This document shows positions 59,528 through 60,335 of a stretch of 60,335 bases of DNA, piece after piece. The DNA lies in the NCBI GenBank assembly GCA_964609265.1, contig CAZSQR010000001.1, positions 1-60,335 on the forward strand, given 5' to 3'. Numbering within the stretch: position 1 is the stretch's first letter; each line of letters opens with the position of its first letter. This DNA comes from Candidatus Woesearchaeota archaeon. Its GTDB lineage: Archaea; Nanobdellota; Nanobdellia; Pacearchaeales; GW2011-AR1. The notes under the pieces were generated by a model that saw nothing but the letters and a program-made list of their open reading frames with translations, had not been told where the DNA came from and ran no database searches. The position numbers and the translations under genes were made by a program.

Positions 59528-60335
59528 TCAGGCACTAAAAGTATCCAAATCTTTTGGTAAATAACTATTTCTGAAAATTTTTCTAGCTTCTTTTAAAATG
59601 CCTTTCATATTTTTAGAAAATCTCTGGCTGACATGAATTAAAAAAAGATTTTTTGCTTTAGCTCTTTTTGCTATTTCTGCTGCCTGACTCGCTGTTAGAT
59701 GATGATGCCTCTTAGCCAAATTCTCTAGTTCATAAGCATACGAAGATTCACAAACCAGAACATCTGAACTTTTAACAAAAGGCACAATATTTTTATTGAG
59801 AGAAGTGTCCAACACAAAAGAGATTTTCTTATCCGGCTCTTTGTAAGTAAGTTTCTTAGCAGAATATTTTTTCCCTTTGTAAATTATGTTCTTGCCTTTT
59901 TTCAAATTTTTCAGATGTGGACCTTCAGGAATCCCTAATTTTTTCAGCTTTTTTTTGTCAATTCTTACCTGCGCTTTTTTTACAAAAGAGTATGCATTAC
60001 ATTTTATTCCATGACTCATAGCCTTAGATTCCAGATAAAAATCATCTGTTTCAAAAAATCTCCCAGAGACCTCTTTAATCTCAATAGAATAATCTTCTCT
60101 GACACCGAATAATTTTAAAAGAGATTTCATCAGAACCTTTGTCCCCTTTGGGCCATAAACAAAAAGTTTTTTATTGTAGCTGCTAAGGCCGAGTGTTTTC
60201 AGTAAACCAGGAATTCCCAAAATGTGATCTGCATGCCAGTGTGTTATCAAAATTCTCGTGAGCCGGCAAGGATTAAGACCTGCTTTCCTAAATTGTCTCT
60301 GAGTTCCTTCGCCACAATCTAAAAGAATATTTTCT
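59528..60335 (-). CDS. rnz: Ribonuclease Z (tRNA 3' endonuclease), N-terminus beyond window end
   Basis: The reading frame stays open upstream of the track's Met to the window edge (...ENILLDCGEGTQRQFRKAGLNPCRLTRILITHWHADHILGIPGLL). HxHxDH motif and C-terminal FLIHVSQRF. Confidence 0.85.
   Translation of the reverse strand, partial: ENILLDCGEGTQRQFRKAGLNPCRLTRILITHWHADHILGIPGLLKTLGLSSYNKKLFVYGPKGTKVLMKSLLKLFGVREDYSIEIKEVSGRFFETDDFYLESKAMSHGIKCNAYSFVKKAQVRIDKKKLKKLGIPEGPHLKNLKKGKNIIYKGKKYSAKKLTYKEPDKKISFVLDTSLNKNIVPFVKSSDVLVCESSYAYELENLAKRHHHLTASQAAEIAKRAKAKNLFLIHVSQRFSKNMKGILKEARKIFRNSYLPKDLDTFSA

Noticed and set aside
1-60335. Mobile elements, prophage or integrative islands
   Set aside because: No integrase, transposase, terminal inverted repeats or tRNA-flanked direct repeats were recognised. 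The tRNA genes appear intact with no duplicated 3' halves nearby.

Overview
AT-rich, very gene-dense chromosomal segment of an archaeon, with short spacers and several 1-4 nt gene overlaps. It best fits a small-genome DPANN-type lineage. The archaeal information-processing core is clear: MCM, TBP, TFE, ATP-dependent DNA ligase, aIF-1A, aIF-2beta, L15e, S17e, EndA, RNase Z, deoxyhypusine synthase, GatD/GatE and FtsZ. The window is heavily enriched for translation functions, with 7 aminoacyl-tRNA synthetases (Met, Asn, Asp, Pro, Ala, Leu, Gly) and 7 tRNAs, two of which carry long introns. Several genes look bacterial in type (LeuRS, a short AlaRS, MnmA, DisA). Most genes have a TATA-like box about 26 nt upstream of the ATG, which implies leaderless mRNAs. 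I saw no rRNA, CRISPR array, transposase, integrase or obvious prophage. Five things deserve a second look. (1) At 49740-58476 there is a cluster of four envelope-protein genes. It is led by a 1,817-aa giant with a dense N-I-T-E sequon array, a MAM-like domain and, in frame after a hydrophobic/poly-Lys stop-transfer, a cytoplasmic tandem helix-turn-helix tail. (2) A bacterial-type LeuRS carries a YdeN/RBBP9-like alpha/beta serine-hydrolase domain inserted at the entry to its CP1 editing domain, and a free-standing paralog sits at 58734-59288. (3) A translationally coupled PIN-like nuclease + RNA ligase pair lies between gatE and gatD. (4) A DisA-type diadenylate cyclase sits next to a DHH/DHHA1 phosphoesterase. 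(5) GatE, TFE and GlyRS show unusual trimming or extensions. All functional calls come from reading motifs in the supplied translations; no database search was run.
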